A DNA stretch of 64,000 bases from Candidatus Bathyarchaeota archaeon. GTDB lineage: Archaea; Thermoproteota; Bathyarchaeia; Bathyarchaeales; Bathycorpusculaceae. The stretch's first letter is position 1. Every line of letters starts with the position of its first letter. The notes below the pieces were generated by a model, which saw nothing but the letters and a program-made list of their open reading frames with translations, did no database searches and had not been told where the DNA came from. Location: positions 320,001-384,000 of the forward strand of contig CAVZIW010000003.1 in the NCBI GenBank assembly GCA_963775465.1, in the 5' to 3' direction. The position numbers were made by a program, and so were the translations under genes. This document shows positions 9,187-19,315 of this stretch, piece by piece.

Positions 9187-12100
9187 TATCTCGATGCCTC
9201 CGATGGAAACTTTGCAGTCACCACATTTGATATACCGTTGCGTTCGTAGACGCCGTAAACTTTCTGTGCTTTATTAACCATTTCAGGTCTCAAGCTTATA
9301 ACAATAAACTGAGTTTTCTCTGCCTCTTCGAGAAGAGTTTCGGCAAGTTTGGTCGTATGGAAAGCATCCAAGTGAGCATCAACTTCATCAAGTATGTAGA
9401 ATGAAACTGGCGAGAACTCTTTAAGCGAAAAAATGAATGCTACCGCCGAAATGGAACGTTCACCACCACTAGCTCCGCTGACGATTATGCTAGGTTTGTT
9501 CGGGAACTGAACAAGCATATCAATGCCACCGGAGAAGGGGTCTTCAATGTTTTCGAGTTTAAGTGAAGCGCTTCCACCGCCGGTCATCTTTTCAAAGTAC
9601 ACTGTGAGGCTGGCGTTGATTTTATCAAACGCATTCATGAAAACCTTGCGTTTTTTTGCTTCAATTTCATCCATAAACGAAACGATAGCCTGCTTTTCGC
9701 GCTCCAACTCGTTGAGGCGCACCGATAATTCACGATAACGCGAAATCTGCTCGGCATAATGCTGGGCAGCGAGTTGGTTTATAGCGCCGATTCGTTCCAT
9801 TTCAAACTGCATCATACGAATAGTCGTTTCAGCGTCCTGAACCTGCCGTGGGGTGGTCTCCAAGGGCTGCTCATAACCAAATTGTTTAAGCTGTGCTTGG
9901 AGGTTCTGCAGACGAAGCTGAGTGGTTTGAATGCCCAAATTGAGTTGATTTAGTAATTTTTCAGTCTGCTCATACTCGAAGTCCAGAAGCCTAAGCGCTC
10001 CATCAATCATGTCAATTTGACTGGTGAATTTTTTAGATTCTTCACGTGCGGATAATACAGCGTTTGCAAGCGACACGCGACTTTTTTCCAGTTCTTCGGC
10101 TTCCTTTTTGATTTCGTCGCGTTCAAGCAATGCTTCGCTAACTTCTTTTTGGAGTTTCTCCTGTTGTTGATCCATTCTGGAAAGCTGAATCTTAGTGTTC
10201 TTGTAGCTGACTCGAAGAACCCTATCGAACTGGGATTGGTAGGTTAAAATTTCAGTCTGAACCGATCCTAACCGTTGACGCAATGTGTTGGCTTCTTCGC
10301 CAAGTTTTTCACGCTGAACCTCCATTTCTTGGATGTGAGTTACATCGGTTTTTAATCGAAGATTTGCGATTTCAACTTGGATTTTCTTAAGATTGTTTTT
10401 GATCGAGTTCCGTTCGTTCCGGAACATCGCCATTCGACCCTTGTATGAGGCTGCTTCACGTTCAAGCTTTCCGCCATACTTGTCGATATGACGGACGTTG
10501 AATTGGGTACGTTTTACACCGCGTTTAACTCGGATTATTTCCCTGTCAAGAGTAGTGATAGAATCCGCCAAACGTACTATTTCGATTTTGGCGTTTTCTA
10601 ATTCCTCTTCAATGCCTACTATGTCGGTACCTCTTTGTGCAAGGTGTGTTTGAAGTGCTCTAACGGCCTCATCAAGGCTTTTCAAGGCTCCTTCGCTTGG
10701 AATTATTGTGGAAAAATCGATTGGGGCTCTATAGTAACCGCTTTCAAAAGCACCCGGTTCATAGAGGTCACCGTTAACTGTAACAGCGCGATAGCCTTCG
10801 TTTGAAAGAGCAAAAGCGATTTTGTCGTTTGAGACAACTATGGTATCTCCGAATACATAATTGACAGCAAATTCAAAGATGTTATCGTACTTCATGAAGC
10901 TAGAAAGCGGTCCAATGATGCCTTCACGTTTTGGCGGTGCTTTGTTTTTGAGGTTGATTGCACCTTGAAGAGGTATGATTTTGATTCTGCCAAGCTTCAT
11001 ACGTCTTAGCGTTTCAGTGCAAGTAAAAGCAACGTCGATGTTTTCAACAACTAACGCGTCTAACCAGCCAGTTGCGGCGGCTTCAATTGCTTTCTTAAAG
11101 CTTTTGTCCATCTTAACCAACTCCCGAAGCCTGCCGTGAATTCCAGAAATAGCTCCAACAGTACCCATTTCTTCAATGCTGCGAAGCGCTTTCTCCTCAG
11201 CAGCGATGGTTGCGGCAAGGTCTCGCTGGGTAGCAAACTCTATTACAGCATCTTTAGCGGAACTGGCGATTTTTTCTGCTTCAGAGATTTCTTTGTGAAC
11301 TGTTTCTTTTTGGAGTTCTTTGCGTTCAATTATGTGTTCAAGGTTTTTCAGTTGAGCCTTCTGATCTTTTTGCACTTGTTCGAGATCAACTAGAGATTTT
11401 TCAATTTCCACTTGGCTTGCCAAGAATTTTTCTTTACGAACAGTTAGGTTTTTTATGCGCCCCATACAGAGTCGTAGGGCGGCTTTGTCCTGTTTGTATT
11501 CAGAACGCAAATAAGCCAAGCGTTTTAGATGTTCTTGGGTTTGGTTATCTAGTGCGCGGATTTGTTGGTTGTTGTCATCTAAGCCTTCCCAAAGCTGAGC
11601 TGTTTCCTTTGCCAGCGCCTCGTGGGAAGCTTGTTTTTCAGACAGTTGGGCGTTGAGCTTTTCAAGTTCATATCGGGCACTGCGGATTTTCAGCCGGTTT
11701 TCCCTGATTTCCTTTTGCAATGAGTCACGTTGGGTCTGGTTGTTTTCTTTAATACGTTTAAAACTTTCAAGACTGGCTTGCCCAGAACTGATTTTAGTGG
11801 CTAGCTCGGTTAATTTAGATTTTAACTCGCCAATTTTAATTTGGACTTTAAGAACTTCTGAACCGCCTTGCTCTACGCTTTCACCGCTGAGTTTTCGCCA
11901 TTCCCCCTCGATATCATGACGCTTATTTCTTCGAAGGTCCCGTTGCTCTTTTAATTTGACAACTTTTTCTTTGACTTTTTCGGTTTGAGTTGTGTTTTCA
12001 TTTATTTTGAAATTGAGTTGGGCAATTTCACTTGAGATTTTTATCGCCTGGAATTTTCGAGTTTCCATTTGGATAAAATTGTAGCGTAAGAGTTGGTTGC

Positions 12101-12737
12101 GTTCACGTTCTAGATCATCAAGGCGTTTTTGAACCTCGTCGATTCTGCCCATTGCGGTGCGGATGGATATGTCAGCGGCACGTAGTTTCTCTTCAGCCTC
12201 AGTTTTTTCTGAATCGTATTGTGCAATGCCAATCAGGTCTTCGATGATCTTGCGGCGTTCAACCGCGGTTAAATCAGTTAAGCGAGTAATCGTACCCTGC
12301 GGAATGATGTTGTTGCTTATACTGCTGATTGCAGCCATGGACAAAGTTTCGGTTATGTGAGTGCGGGACATTCTGCGACCATTTAGGCGGTAGACGCTCT
12401 GTCCGTTGCGAAAAACTTCCCTTGATATTGTAACAGTAGTAGTGTCCACAGGCATGGTTCCATCTGTGTTGTCAAATTGGACCACTACTTTTGCCATCTT
12501 TGCTTTATCCTGCCCTGCTTTCTCTGAACCGTGAAAAATCAGTTTAGCCGAGTTTTCGGCACGGAGTCTTTTTGTGCTAAGTTCCCCAAGTGAAAAGAGT
12601 AGGGCATCCATGATGTTAGTTTTGCCGCTTCCGTTTGGACCAGTTATGGCTGTGAATCCCTTGTCCAAATTAACCTTGACTGTTTGTGGTCCAAAAGACT
12701 TAAAGCCTTTTAACTCGATTTTTTTTATGTAGGGCAT
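9186..12737 (-). CDS. smc: Chromosome segregation protein SMC
   Basis: Walker A GPNGSGKT, coiled coils, hinge (GRIKIIPL), SGGE signature and Walker B LDEVD; 1183 aa. Confidence 0.96.
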   Translation of the reverse strand: MPYIKKIELKGFKSFGPQTVKVNLDKGFTAITGPNGSGKTNIMDALLFSLGELSTKRLRAENSAKLIFHGSEKAGQDKAKMAKVVVQFDNTDGTMPVDTTTVTISREVFRNGQSVYRLNGRRMSRTHITETLSMAAISSISNNIIPQGTITRLTDLTAVERRKIIEDLIGIAQYDSEKTEAEEKLRAADISIRTAMGRIDEVQKRLDDLERERNQLLRYNFIQMETRKFQAIKISSEIAQLNFKINENTTQTEKVKEKVVKLKEQRDLRRNKRHDIEGEWRKLSGESVEQGGSEVLKVQIKIGELKSKLTELATKISSGQASLESFKRIKENNQTQRDSLQKEIRENRLKIRSARYELEKLNAQLSEKQASHEALAKETAQLWEGLDDNNQQIRALDNQTQEHLKRLAYLRSEYKQDKAALRLCMGRIKNLTVRKEKFLASQVEIEKSLVDLEQVQKDQKAQLKNLEHIIERKELQKETVHKEISEAEKIASSAKDAVIEFATQRDLAATIAAEEKALRSIEEMGTVGAISGIHGRLRELVKMDKSFKKAIEAAATGWLDALVVENIDVAFTCTETLRRMKLGRIKIIPLQGAINLKNKAPPKREGIIGPLSSFMKYDNIFEFAVNYVFGDTIVVSNDKIAFALSNEGYRAVTVNGDLYEPGAFESGYYRAPIDFSTIIPSEGALKSLDEAVRALQTHLAQRGTDIVGIEEELENAKIEIVRLADSITTLDREIIRVKRGVKRTQFNVRHIDKYGGKLEREAASYKGRMAMFRNERNSIKNNLKKIQVEIANLRLKTDVTHIQEMEVQREKLGEEANTLRQRLGSVQTEILTYQSQFDRVLRVSYKNTKIQLSRMDQQQEKLQKEVSEALLERDEIKKEAEELEKSRVSLANAVLSAREESKKFTSQIDMIDGALRLLDFEYEQTEKLLNQLNLGIQTTQLRLQNLQAQLKQFGYEQPLETTPRQVQDAETTIRMMQFEMERIGAINQLAAQHYAEQISRYRELSVRLNELEREKQAIVSFMDEIEAKKRKVFMNAFDKINASLTVYFEKMTGGGSASLKLENIEDPFSGGIDMLVQFPNKPSIIVSGASGGERSISAVAFIFSLKEFSPVSFYILDEVDAHLDAFHTTKLAETLLEEAEKTQFIVISLRPEMVNKAQKVYGVYERNGISNVVTAKFPSEASR

Positions 12738-12950
12738 TTAGTCTTTATCCTCTCGGAAGCAAATATCTATCTTTTAACATCTCTCAGCAACATATGTATA
12801 AAAGCTTATAGCGGTTCTTCTGCGTTTATACACTATCACTTAGATTTCAGAAATCTTATAGGTTCGAGGACCTTTTAGGTTTTTTGTAGAAAAACATTTT
12901 GGCTCCGTTAAAACGGATGCCATCAGACAATCCGGCTACCGTTTAAGATA

Positions 12951-13193
12951 TTATCGAACAATAGGTAATTTTTGATTGAATTTAGAAAATTCATTTGGAT
13001 TAACTTTTTGTTTTTCCGTTTTTCTTACTTCAATTAACAGAGTTAATGCCTCATCATTAGTTATTCCAAAAGGAAGAAAATTGGCATGAAACCGTTCAAA
13101 ATGAAGCCTCACCGCAGCTATGGCCTCTTCTTCGCCATAAAAAGTGCCAAAAACATAACCACAAGGACATTTTCCGTATAGTTTCTTTTTCAA
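12951..13193 (-). CDS. Small hypothetical protein, possible zinc binder (CPCG...H..H)
   Basis: 80-aa ORF with CxC plus HxxxH and a plausible SD. Confidence 0.55.
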   Translation of the reverse strand: MKKKLYGKCPCGYVFGTFYGEEEAIAAVRLHFERFHANFLPFGITNDEALTLLIEVRKTEKQKVNPNEFSKFNQKLPIVR

Positions 13194-13590
13194 TTAATTC
13201 CACTCAATTAGGATTTACAAATCTTATAATGTTAAATTAGAACATAAACTGTAGTGACTGTAGCACCACAGTTACAACTTTACGCCTTAGGGTTAAATTA
13301 AAGTGATTCAAATGGTTTATTTATTTTCTTTTTCCCCTTAAAAAATTACGGAAGAATGATCCATATCGCGAAACTAAGGAAAGTATACTTTCTTCATAAT
13401 AATGGTTTGTAAACATACGTAACAGACTTAAAGGTCGAAACGGTATTTTCCCAAGAGGCCAAATAACACTTTACAGTCTCGATCAGAAAATCTCAATTTA
13501 CCACAAAACTTAGCGGGTTTGATCTTGAGAACTTTTCTTTTCGCATGAAATTGTGAGACCGGGCGTTTTTGGGTAAATAAACAATAGGAA

Positions 13591-14769
13591 ATGAGCGCAT
13601 TGACTGCTGAAAAATTAGTTTTGGAAAATGGTGCAAGACGCGTCGCTTATTTGAGCACTTACCCTCCAAGAGAATGCGGAATTGCAAACTTTACAAGAGA
13701 TTTAACTGACTCTATGTATGCATTAGGTGGGCGCACCCCTTACATAATTGCAATTAACGAAAAAGGTGCGATTTATCACTACGACAAACGAGTTAAATTT
13801 ACAGTTGACCGAGATGTTGCCGAAAACTACATCAAAGCAGCCAAATGCGTTAACTCATCAAATATTCAGCTACTAATTGTGCAACACGAATTCGGACTCT
13901 TCGGAGGTGACCAAGGAGAATATATTAAACTCTTTCTAGAAAACCTCAAAAAACCCGTCATCACCACACTTCACACAGTTCAACCTAATTTTGACAAAAA
14001 ATCCATTGAAATCCTGCGGTACCTGGTCGAAAGAAGTGAATCAATAGTGGTGATCGCCCACGCAGCAATTGACATGCTAAAAAATCAAGGGATACCTTCC
14101 AACAAATGCGTTGTTATTCCACACGGCTGCCCAAATATCGATTGCACAAACAGTGAATCAATCAAAGAATCATTAGGTCTTGAGGGGCGTCTGGTCGCTT
14201 CCACATTCGGGCTAATAAGTAGTGGAAAGGGCGTCGAATATGCTATTCAAGCTCTTCCAGAGATTATCAAGAAAGAACCTGGAATAATCTATCTCATAAT
14301 TGGTGAAACTCACCCAGAAGTCAGGAAACAAGAGGGTGAAAGGTATCGAAATGAACTGATGAGACTTGTTAGTGAACTTGGATTGGAAGAACACGTTAGA
14401 TTTACAAACCGATTTGTTACCAAACGGGAATTAACAAAGTTTCTTCAAGTAACCGATATTTACCTAACTCCTTATACTTCCCCCAACCAAATTAGTAGTG
14501 GTACCCTTATCTATGCTCTTGGCGCCGGAAAAGCGATCGTATCTACACCATATTACCACGCCCAAGAGGTTCTTGCTAATGATCGAGGAATACTATGTAA
14601 GTTCGAGGACTCTGCCTCAATAGCAGAAGCTGTAAAAAAACTCTTGGATGAACGCGTCCGTAGTGAGATTCAGAAAAAAGCTTACAAATACAGTAGACGA
14701 TTCCTCTGGAAAAACGTGGCGAGAAAATACATAAACCTAATTGAAGCAGTAACTGAGAATAGTGAGTGA
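13591..14769 (+). CDS. Glycosyltransferase family 4
   Basis: STYPPRECGIA, QHEFGLFGG, TTLHTV, FGLISSGKG, SGTL..A.GAGK motifs. Confidence 0.9.
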   Translation: MSALTAEKLVLENGARRVAYLSTYPPRECGIANFTRDLTDSMYALGGRTPYIIAINEKGAIYHYDKRVKFTVDRDVAENYIKAAKCVNSSNIQLLIVQHEFGLFGGDQGEYIKLFLENLKKPVITTLHTVQPNFDKKSIEILRYLVERSESIVVIAHAAIDMLKNQGIPSNKCVVIPHGCPNIDCTNSESIKESLGLEGRLVASTFGLISSGKGVEYAIQALPEIIKKEPGIIYLIIGETHPEVRKQEGERYRNELMRLVSELGLEEHVRFTNRFVTKRELTKFLQVTDIYLTPYTSPNQISSGTLIYALGAGKAIVSTPYYHAQEVLANDRGILCKFEDSASIAEAVKKLLDERVRSEIQKKAYKYSRRFLWKNVARKYINLIEAVTENSE

Positions 14770-14777
14770 ACTAAGCA

Positions 14778-15818
14778 TTGTCAACTTTCCCTTTAAAACT
14801 AGATTTTGTTAGAGCACTGACGGACGATTTAGGAATGCTTCAACATTCCAAATACGCTACACCTAATAGAAAAGAAGGCTACACAACCGATGATAACTCA
14901 CGAGCACTTATTGCTTGCACGGATTACCTTATGCGGTTTAATGATTTAAGTGTCAAGAGATTGATTGACACGTATCTGGGTCTTTTGTTCTATATGCAAA
15001 GATCTGATGGAAAAATGCACAATTACCTTAGCTACGATCGCAAACTTTTAGATGAAATAGGTTCTGAGGATTGCATGGGTCGAACACTTTGGGCATGTGG
15101 CTACTGCTTAAACTCAAAATTGCCCGAAGAGATGAAACTTCTTTCTAAGGATATTTTTGACAAAGTGTTCAAATGGAGTTCTAATTTTACATCACCAAGG
15201 GCAAAAGCATACTCAATTATGGGTCTATTCCATTATCAGAAAGCCTACTCGGAGGATCAAAATCTCAAACTGAACATTATAGCTCTCGCTAATCAATTAA
15301 CCAGACAATTTGAATTGGAAGCCTCAAATGGTTGGGATTGGTTTGAATCCTGTCTAACATACTCAAATGCACGATTATCTCATTCACTTTTTTTAGCTTA
15401 CGAAGCCACAAGAGATGATAAATATCTTCAGATAGCCTCAAAATCCATGAATTTCTTAATCAATACTCAAACAATAAACAAAACCTTTGTGCCTATCGGA
15501 AATCGGGGTTGGTTTAAAAAAGGATCTAAACGAGCAATATACGATCAACAACCCATAGAAGCATCCTGTACCACAGATGCGGCAATCGCTGCTTATCGAA
15601 ACACAAAAGACGAACGTTACCTCGAGGCAGCCTACTTAGCCTTTGACTGGTTCTTAGGAAGCAATCTAAAAGGTCTATCGCTGTACGATCCAGAAAACGG
15701 GAGTTGCTGCGACGGTATAACGCCCCACGGATTGAATCTGAACAAAGGTGCTGAGGCCACTTTAGCCTACCTTCAAGCTCGCCTAACACTCGAAGAACTA
15801 AAACACAATAGCAGTTAA
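14778..15818 (+). CDS. Six-hairpin glycosidase-like protein (domain often fused to GT4)
   Basis: GMLQHS, GYTTDDNSRA, DQQPIEA, WFLG.N and CCDG...NLNKGAE motifs. Confidence 0.75.
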   Translation: MSTFPLKLDFVRALTDDLGMLQHSKYATPNRKEGYTTDDNSRALIACTDYLMRFNDLSVKRLIDTYLGLLFYMQRSDGKMHNYLSYDRKLLDEIGSEDCMGRTLWACGYCLNSKLPEEMKLLSKDIFDKVFKWSSNFTSPRAKAYSIMGLFHYQKAYSEDQNLKLNIIALANQLTRQFELEASNGWDWFESCLTYSNARLSHSLFLAYEATRDDKYLQIASKSMNFLINTQTINKTFVPIGNRGWFKKGSKRAIYDQQPIEASCTTDAAIAAYRNTKDERYLEAAYLAFDWFLGSNLKGLSLYDPENGSCCDGITPHGLNLNKGAEATLAYLQARLTLEELKHNSS

Positions 15819-15931
15819 CTAAAGACACATACAGTACCAATTCAAACACTTATCTCAATTCTCCGAGCCGAAAATATTCTAATTGGGTTTATTAATTCGT
15901 AAACCTAAAATAAAGTTGGAGGCTCGCAGTT

Positions 15932-16306
15932 ATGATGACTCGCGATTTAATGTTAAAAGATGTGGTTACTGCATATGGAAACATCTCCGTAAGAGAGGCA
16001 ATTGAGCTCCTTTTCAAAAGACATATTGGCTCTATAGTCATTATCGACGATGCAGGAAATTGTATAGGCATATTTACCGAACGTGATGCTATAAGAGTAG
16101 TGGCGCAAAATGTATCATTAGACGCAGTATTAGAAAAAGCGATGACGAAAAACCCTTTTACTGTAAACGAAGATTCTACTTTTGAAGAAGCAAAAAGTAT
16201 TATCAAACTTCACAAGATTCGGCATCTTCCTGTGACGTCCAAGGAAGGAAAACTCGTTGGATTGATATCCGTCAGAAATATATTAGATGAGCTAAACGAA
16301 CTGTAG
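15932..16306 (+). CDS. CBS-pair domain protein
   Basis: Two CBS repeats (IGSIVI...GIFTERD; IRHLPV...GLIS). Confidence 0.88.
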   Translation: MMTRDLMLKDVVTAYGNISVREAIELLFKRHIGSIVIIDDAGNCIGIFTERDAIRVVAQNVSLDAVLEKAMTKNPFTVNEDSTFEEAKSIIKLHKIRHLPVTSKEGKLVGLISVRNILDELNEL

Positions 16307-16338
16307 CTAAAAAATATTGACTCTGGAGGGAAGGATAA

Positions 16339-17232
16339 GTGAAAAGGTACTCTCATAATCCAATACTTGAGCCTATAGGTGCCCATTCTTGGGAATCAAG
16401 CTTGGTTTTTAACGCAGCAGTTTTTGCCACCGACAACCGTGTTCACATTCTCTACAGAGCAATGGGAACCGACAACGTATCACGCATAGGTTTAGCATCC
16501 TCTTCTGATGGATATTCGATAGACGAGCGTTTACCCCTCCCTGTTTTTAGCCCATCGAATGACACAGAAAGCCAAGGTTGTGAAGATCCAAGACTAAGCC
16601 TATTTGGCGATACACTAATTATGGCATATACCGCATTTGGAAACCATTTCAATCATCAAGTTTACCAGATTGCCCTGACATCCATAAAAACAGACGATTT
16701 TTTGGCTAGAAGATGGCAATGGGGCGAAAGAATCTTGACTTTTCCAGGGATCCATAACAAAGATGCTGTTCTATTTCCACAGAAATTTAACGGTGACTAT
16801 GTAATGTTTCACAGATTCGAACCTGATCTTTGTATTGCACGTTCGAACGACCTGCGCCGTTGGTATGGTTTAAAATACGTCATAGGACCAAGGGAAAGAG
16901 GTTGGGATTCCTGGAAAGTAGGTGCTGCAGGACCCCCTATGTTGATAAATGAAGGCTGGCTTCTGATCTATCATGGCGTAAGCGTAGAAAGAGTCTACTC
17001 ATTAGGTGTTGCTCTACTGGATAAGAATGACCCTGAGCAAGTTCTTTATCGCTCCGAAGAACCAATTCTGACACCTACAGAAGATTATGAACGCTATGGC
17101 AAAGTCCCAAACGTAGTTTTCAGTTGCGGGCAAGTCATGATGGATAACCAACTTCTAATCTATTATGGTGCTGCGGATAGCTCTTTGTGCGTTGCCAATG
17201 TTGAGCTTGCTGAACTTTTACCCAAAAAATAG
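16339..17232 (+). CDS. GH130 family glycosidase/mannoside phosphorylase
   Basis: VFNAAV, GCEDPRL, NKDAVLFP, GWLLIYHGV, VPNVVFSCG and YYGAADS motifs. Confidence 0.88.
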   Translation: MKRYSHNPILEPIGAHSWESSLVFNAAVFATDNRVHILYRAMGTDNVSRIGLASSSDGYSIDERLPLPVFSPSNDTESQGCEDPRLSLFGDTLIMAYTAFGNHFNHQVYQIALTSIKTDDFLARRWQWGERILTFPGIHNKDAVLFPQKFNGDYVMFHRFEPDLCIARSNDLRRWYGLKYVIGPRERGWDSWKVGAAGPPMLINEGWLLIYHGVSVERVYSLGVALLDKNDPEQVLYRSEEPILTPTEDYERYGKVPNVVFSCGQVMMDNQLLIYYGAADSSLCVANVELAELLPKK

Positions 17233-17376
17233 GTAGGTTGTCACGATTATCAGTAAATTTGCTGATTCTTTTAATACTTCCATAATTTAGTCGAGTCACA
17301 TAAGAAATCGTGGAAAACGGAAAAGCATTTTTTTTTATCTTCCCTATCAAGGACTACAATATTAGACAAATGGCTC

Positions 17377-17607
17377 TCAATGGGTTGGCAGAGGATTATT
17401 CGAAATAATAAAATTTCCAATTTCCAGGCTCAAAATTAATTGGTTCTGCTCGACAAAATTAGCTAGCATCTTATAGGAGCCAGCATCAATCGAATTTTTT
17501 TCAATATATAATACAAGACCGTCATCGGCTGTATCTAGCATTTTGGTATCTATGCCACAGTTTGCTTGAATTTCTCTTTTGTATTTCATTGCCTCAGACA
17601 CATTCAA
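17377..17607 (-). CDS. Hypothetical protein
   Basis: 76-aa ORF with SD GAGGAG and protein-like composition. Confidence 0.55.
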   Translation of the reverse strand: MNVSEAMKYKREIQANCGIDTKMLDTADDGLVLYIEKNSIDAGSYKMLANFVEQNQLILSLEIGNFIISNNPLPTH

Positions 17608-17999
17608 TTTTAACTTCTCCTCGTTATGATTGGTTTCAAAAGGAAAGAAGACATGTTTAGCAAATAGAGAGGGCCTGATGTTTATGTATTACTACAGAAG
17701 CACGGTTCAAAATGCATGAAAAATCTGTATATGTCTAGAGCTGCCTTTTAAACGAAACTATATTCCAATAGATTAGAAAATATGGTCAAGGGGATTATGC
17801 CACTTTAACTTTATAGAAACCATAAAAGGTCAACTCAGAGTTAAAATTTCGAGTTCCTATCCTCGGGTGAAGGATTTCAAATACAAAACCTGATAAAATA
17901 GCATTAGCAGGAGGTAAAAATAGAGCTTGAGGATATTGGTTCACGTAAAGGTTAAATCATTCAGTCTGTGTAATATTGTGTTTTTCTGAGGGTAATTAC

Positions 18000-19229
18000 G
18001 TGACAAATAACAAACCTATTCCCTTATCTTCTGACGTCAACTGGGTGGGAGTCAACGACGCAGAAACTCCTCTTTTCGAAGAGCTATGGAGCATCCCTGA
18101 AGGTGTTTCTTTTAACTCTTACCTAATCAAGGGCTCAAAAAAAATTGCGTTAATTGATTCGGTCAATCAAAAATTCGCGCCTGAACATTTTGACAAAATT
18201 AGTAAACTGACTGACCTCGTAAACATAGACTATCTGGTCATTAACCACATGGAACCTGACCATACAGGGGCCGTACCTGAATTCCTTAAGAAAGCACCCA
18301 ACGCAAAAGTCGTCTTTACGCCCATCGCCCAAACCATCTTTAAAAAGTTCTACGGCTTTGACCCATCTGCGATCATAGTAAAGGGCGAAACAGACGAAAT
18401 TTCCTTAGGAAACAAAAATTTGAAGTTCATTCAAACACCCTGGCTTCATTGGCCAGAAACCATGAGTACCTACCTCGTGGAAAACCAGATTCTGTTCTGT
18501 TGCGACGCTTTTGGTGCCTTCAAAAAATTACCCAGTGATGCGATATTAGAATCCGATATAGATATGGTCAAGCAGAATCTTGACGCGAGCTCTCAAAAAT
18601 ACTTTGCCTCAGTCTTCAATGGGCAACGCGAATGGGTTCTAAAAGCCATTGAAAAATTTGACAAAATGAACCTTGAAATTAAAGTCTTAGCGCCAAGTCA
18701 TGGTCCAGTTTACACTGACAACGTCAAGAAAACCATAAGCAAATGGAGTTCTTGGAGCAAAGGTAATTACACGAAAACTGTTGTCGTGGTGTACGATACC
18801 ATGTATGGAATGACTGCAAAGTGCCTGGATGCAATTGGTAAGGGAGTTGGAGAAGTTGGAGGTAGAGTTCTAAGCTTTAATCTTTCTAAAGACACCGCTG
18901 TCGATGCATTAACTGCCTTGGTAGAGGCTCCAGCATTAATAATTGGTTCACCAACCTATGAACATGAGATATTTCCAAAGGTAGTTGATTTCTTGAATTT
19001 GCTTAAGACCAAAAAATTTTCAAACAGATGCGCTAGCAGATTCGGAAGCTTTGGATGGAGTGGAGAAGCGATGCGAAAACTCTCAGATGAGCTAACTACG
19101 TTGGGTTTCGAACTAGTAGGGGAACCGCTTTCATTTTTTGGTAGTCCTACAGAAGAAGACCTTGAAAAAGCAAGACAACTTGGCAAAGCTGTAGCGGAAA
19201 AGGCTTTTTCCAAATATAACATTATTTAA
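18000..19229 (+). CDS. fprA: Flavodiiron protein (FprA/NorV-type)
   Basis: Metallo-beta-lactamase HMEPDH, HWPE, DAFG and PSHG motifs plus flavodoxin TMYGMT and FGSFGWSG; probable GTG start at 18000. Confidence 0.92.
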   Translation: MTNNKPIPLSSDVNWVGVNDAETPLFEELWSIPEGVSFNSYLIKGSKKIALIDSVNQKFAPEHFDKISKLTDLVNIDYLVINHMEPDHTGAVPEFLKKAPNAKVVFTPIAQTIFKKFYGFDPSAIIVKGETDEISLGNKNLKFIQTPWLHWPETMSTYLVENQILFCCDAFGAFKKLPSDAILESDIDMVKQNLDASSQKYFASVFNGQREWVLKAIEKFDKMNLEIKVLAPSHGPVYTDNVKKTISKWSSWSKGNYTKTVVVVYDTMYGMTAKCLDAIGKGVGEVGGRVLSFNLSKDTAVDALTALVEAPALIIGSPTYEHEIFPKVVDFLNLLKTKKFSNRCASRFGSFGWSGEAMRKLSDELTTLGFELVGEPLSFFGSPTEEDLEKARQLGKAVAEKAFSKYNII

Positions 19230-19315
19230 CTTCAGCGTTTGAGATTGTGACAACTTATTTCCCAAACATTAAAATCATGAATAAAAAATGAGCGCCAAAT
19301 GGAACGTGCATAATT

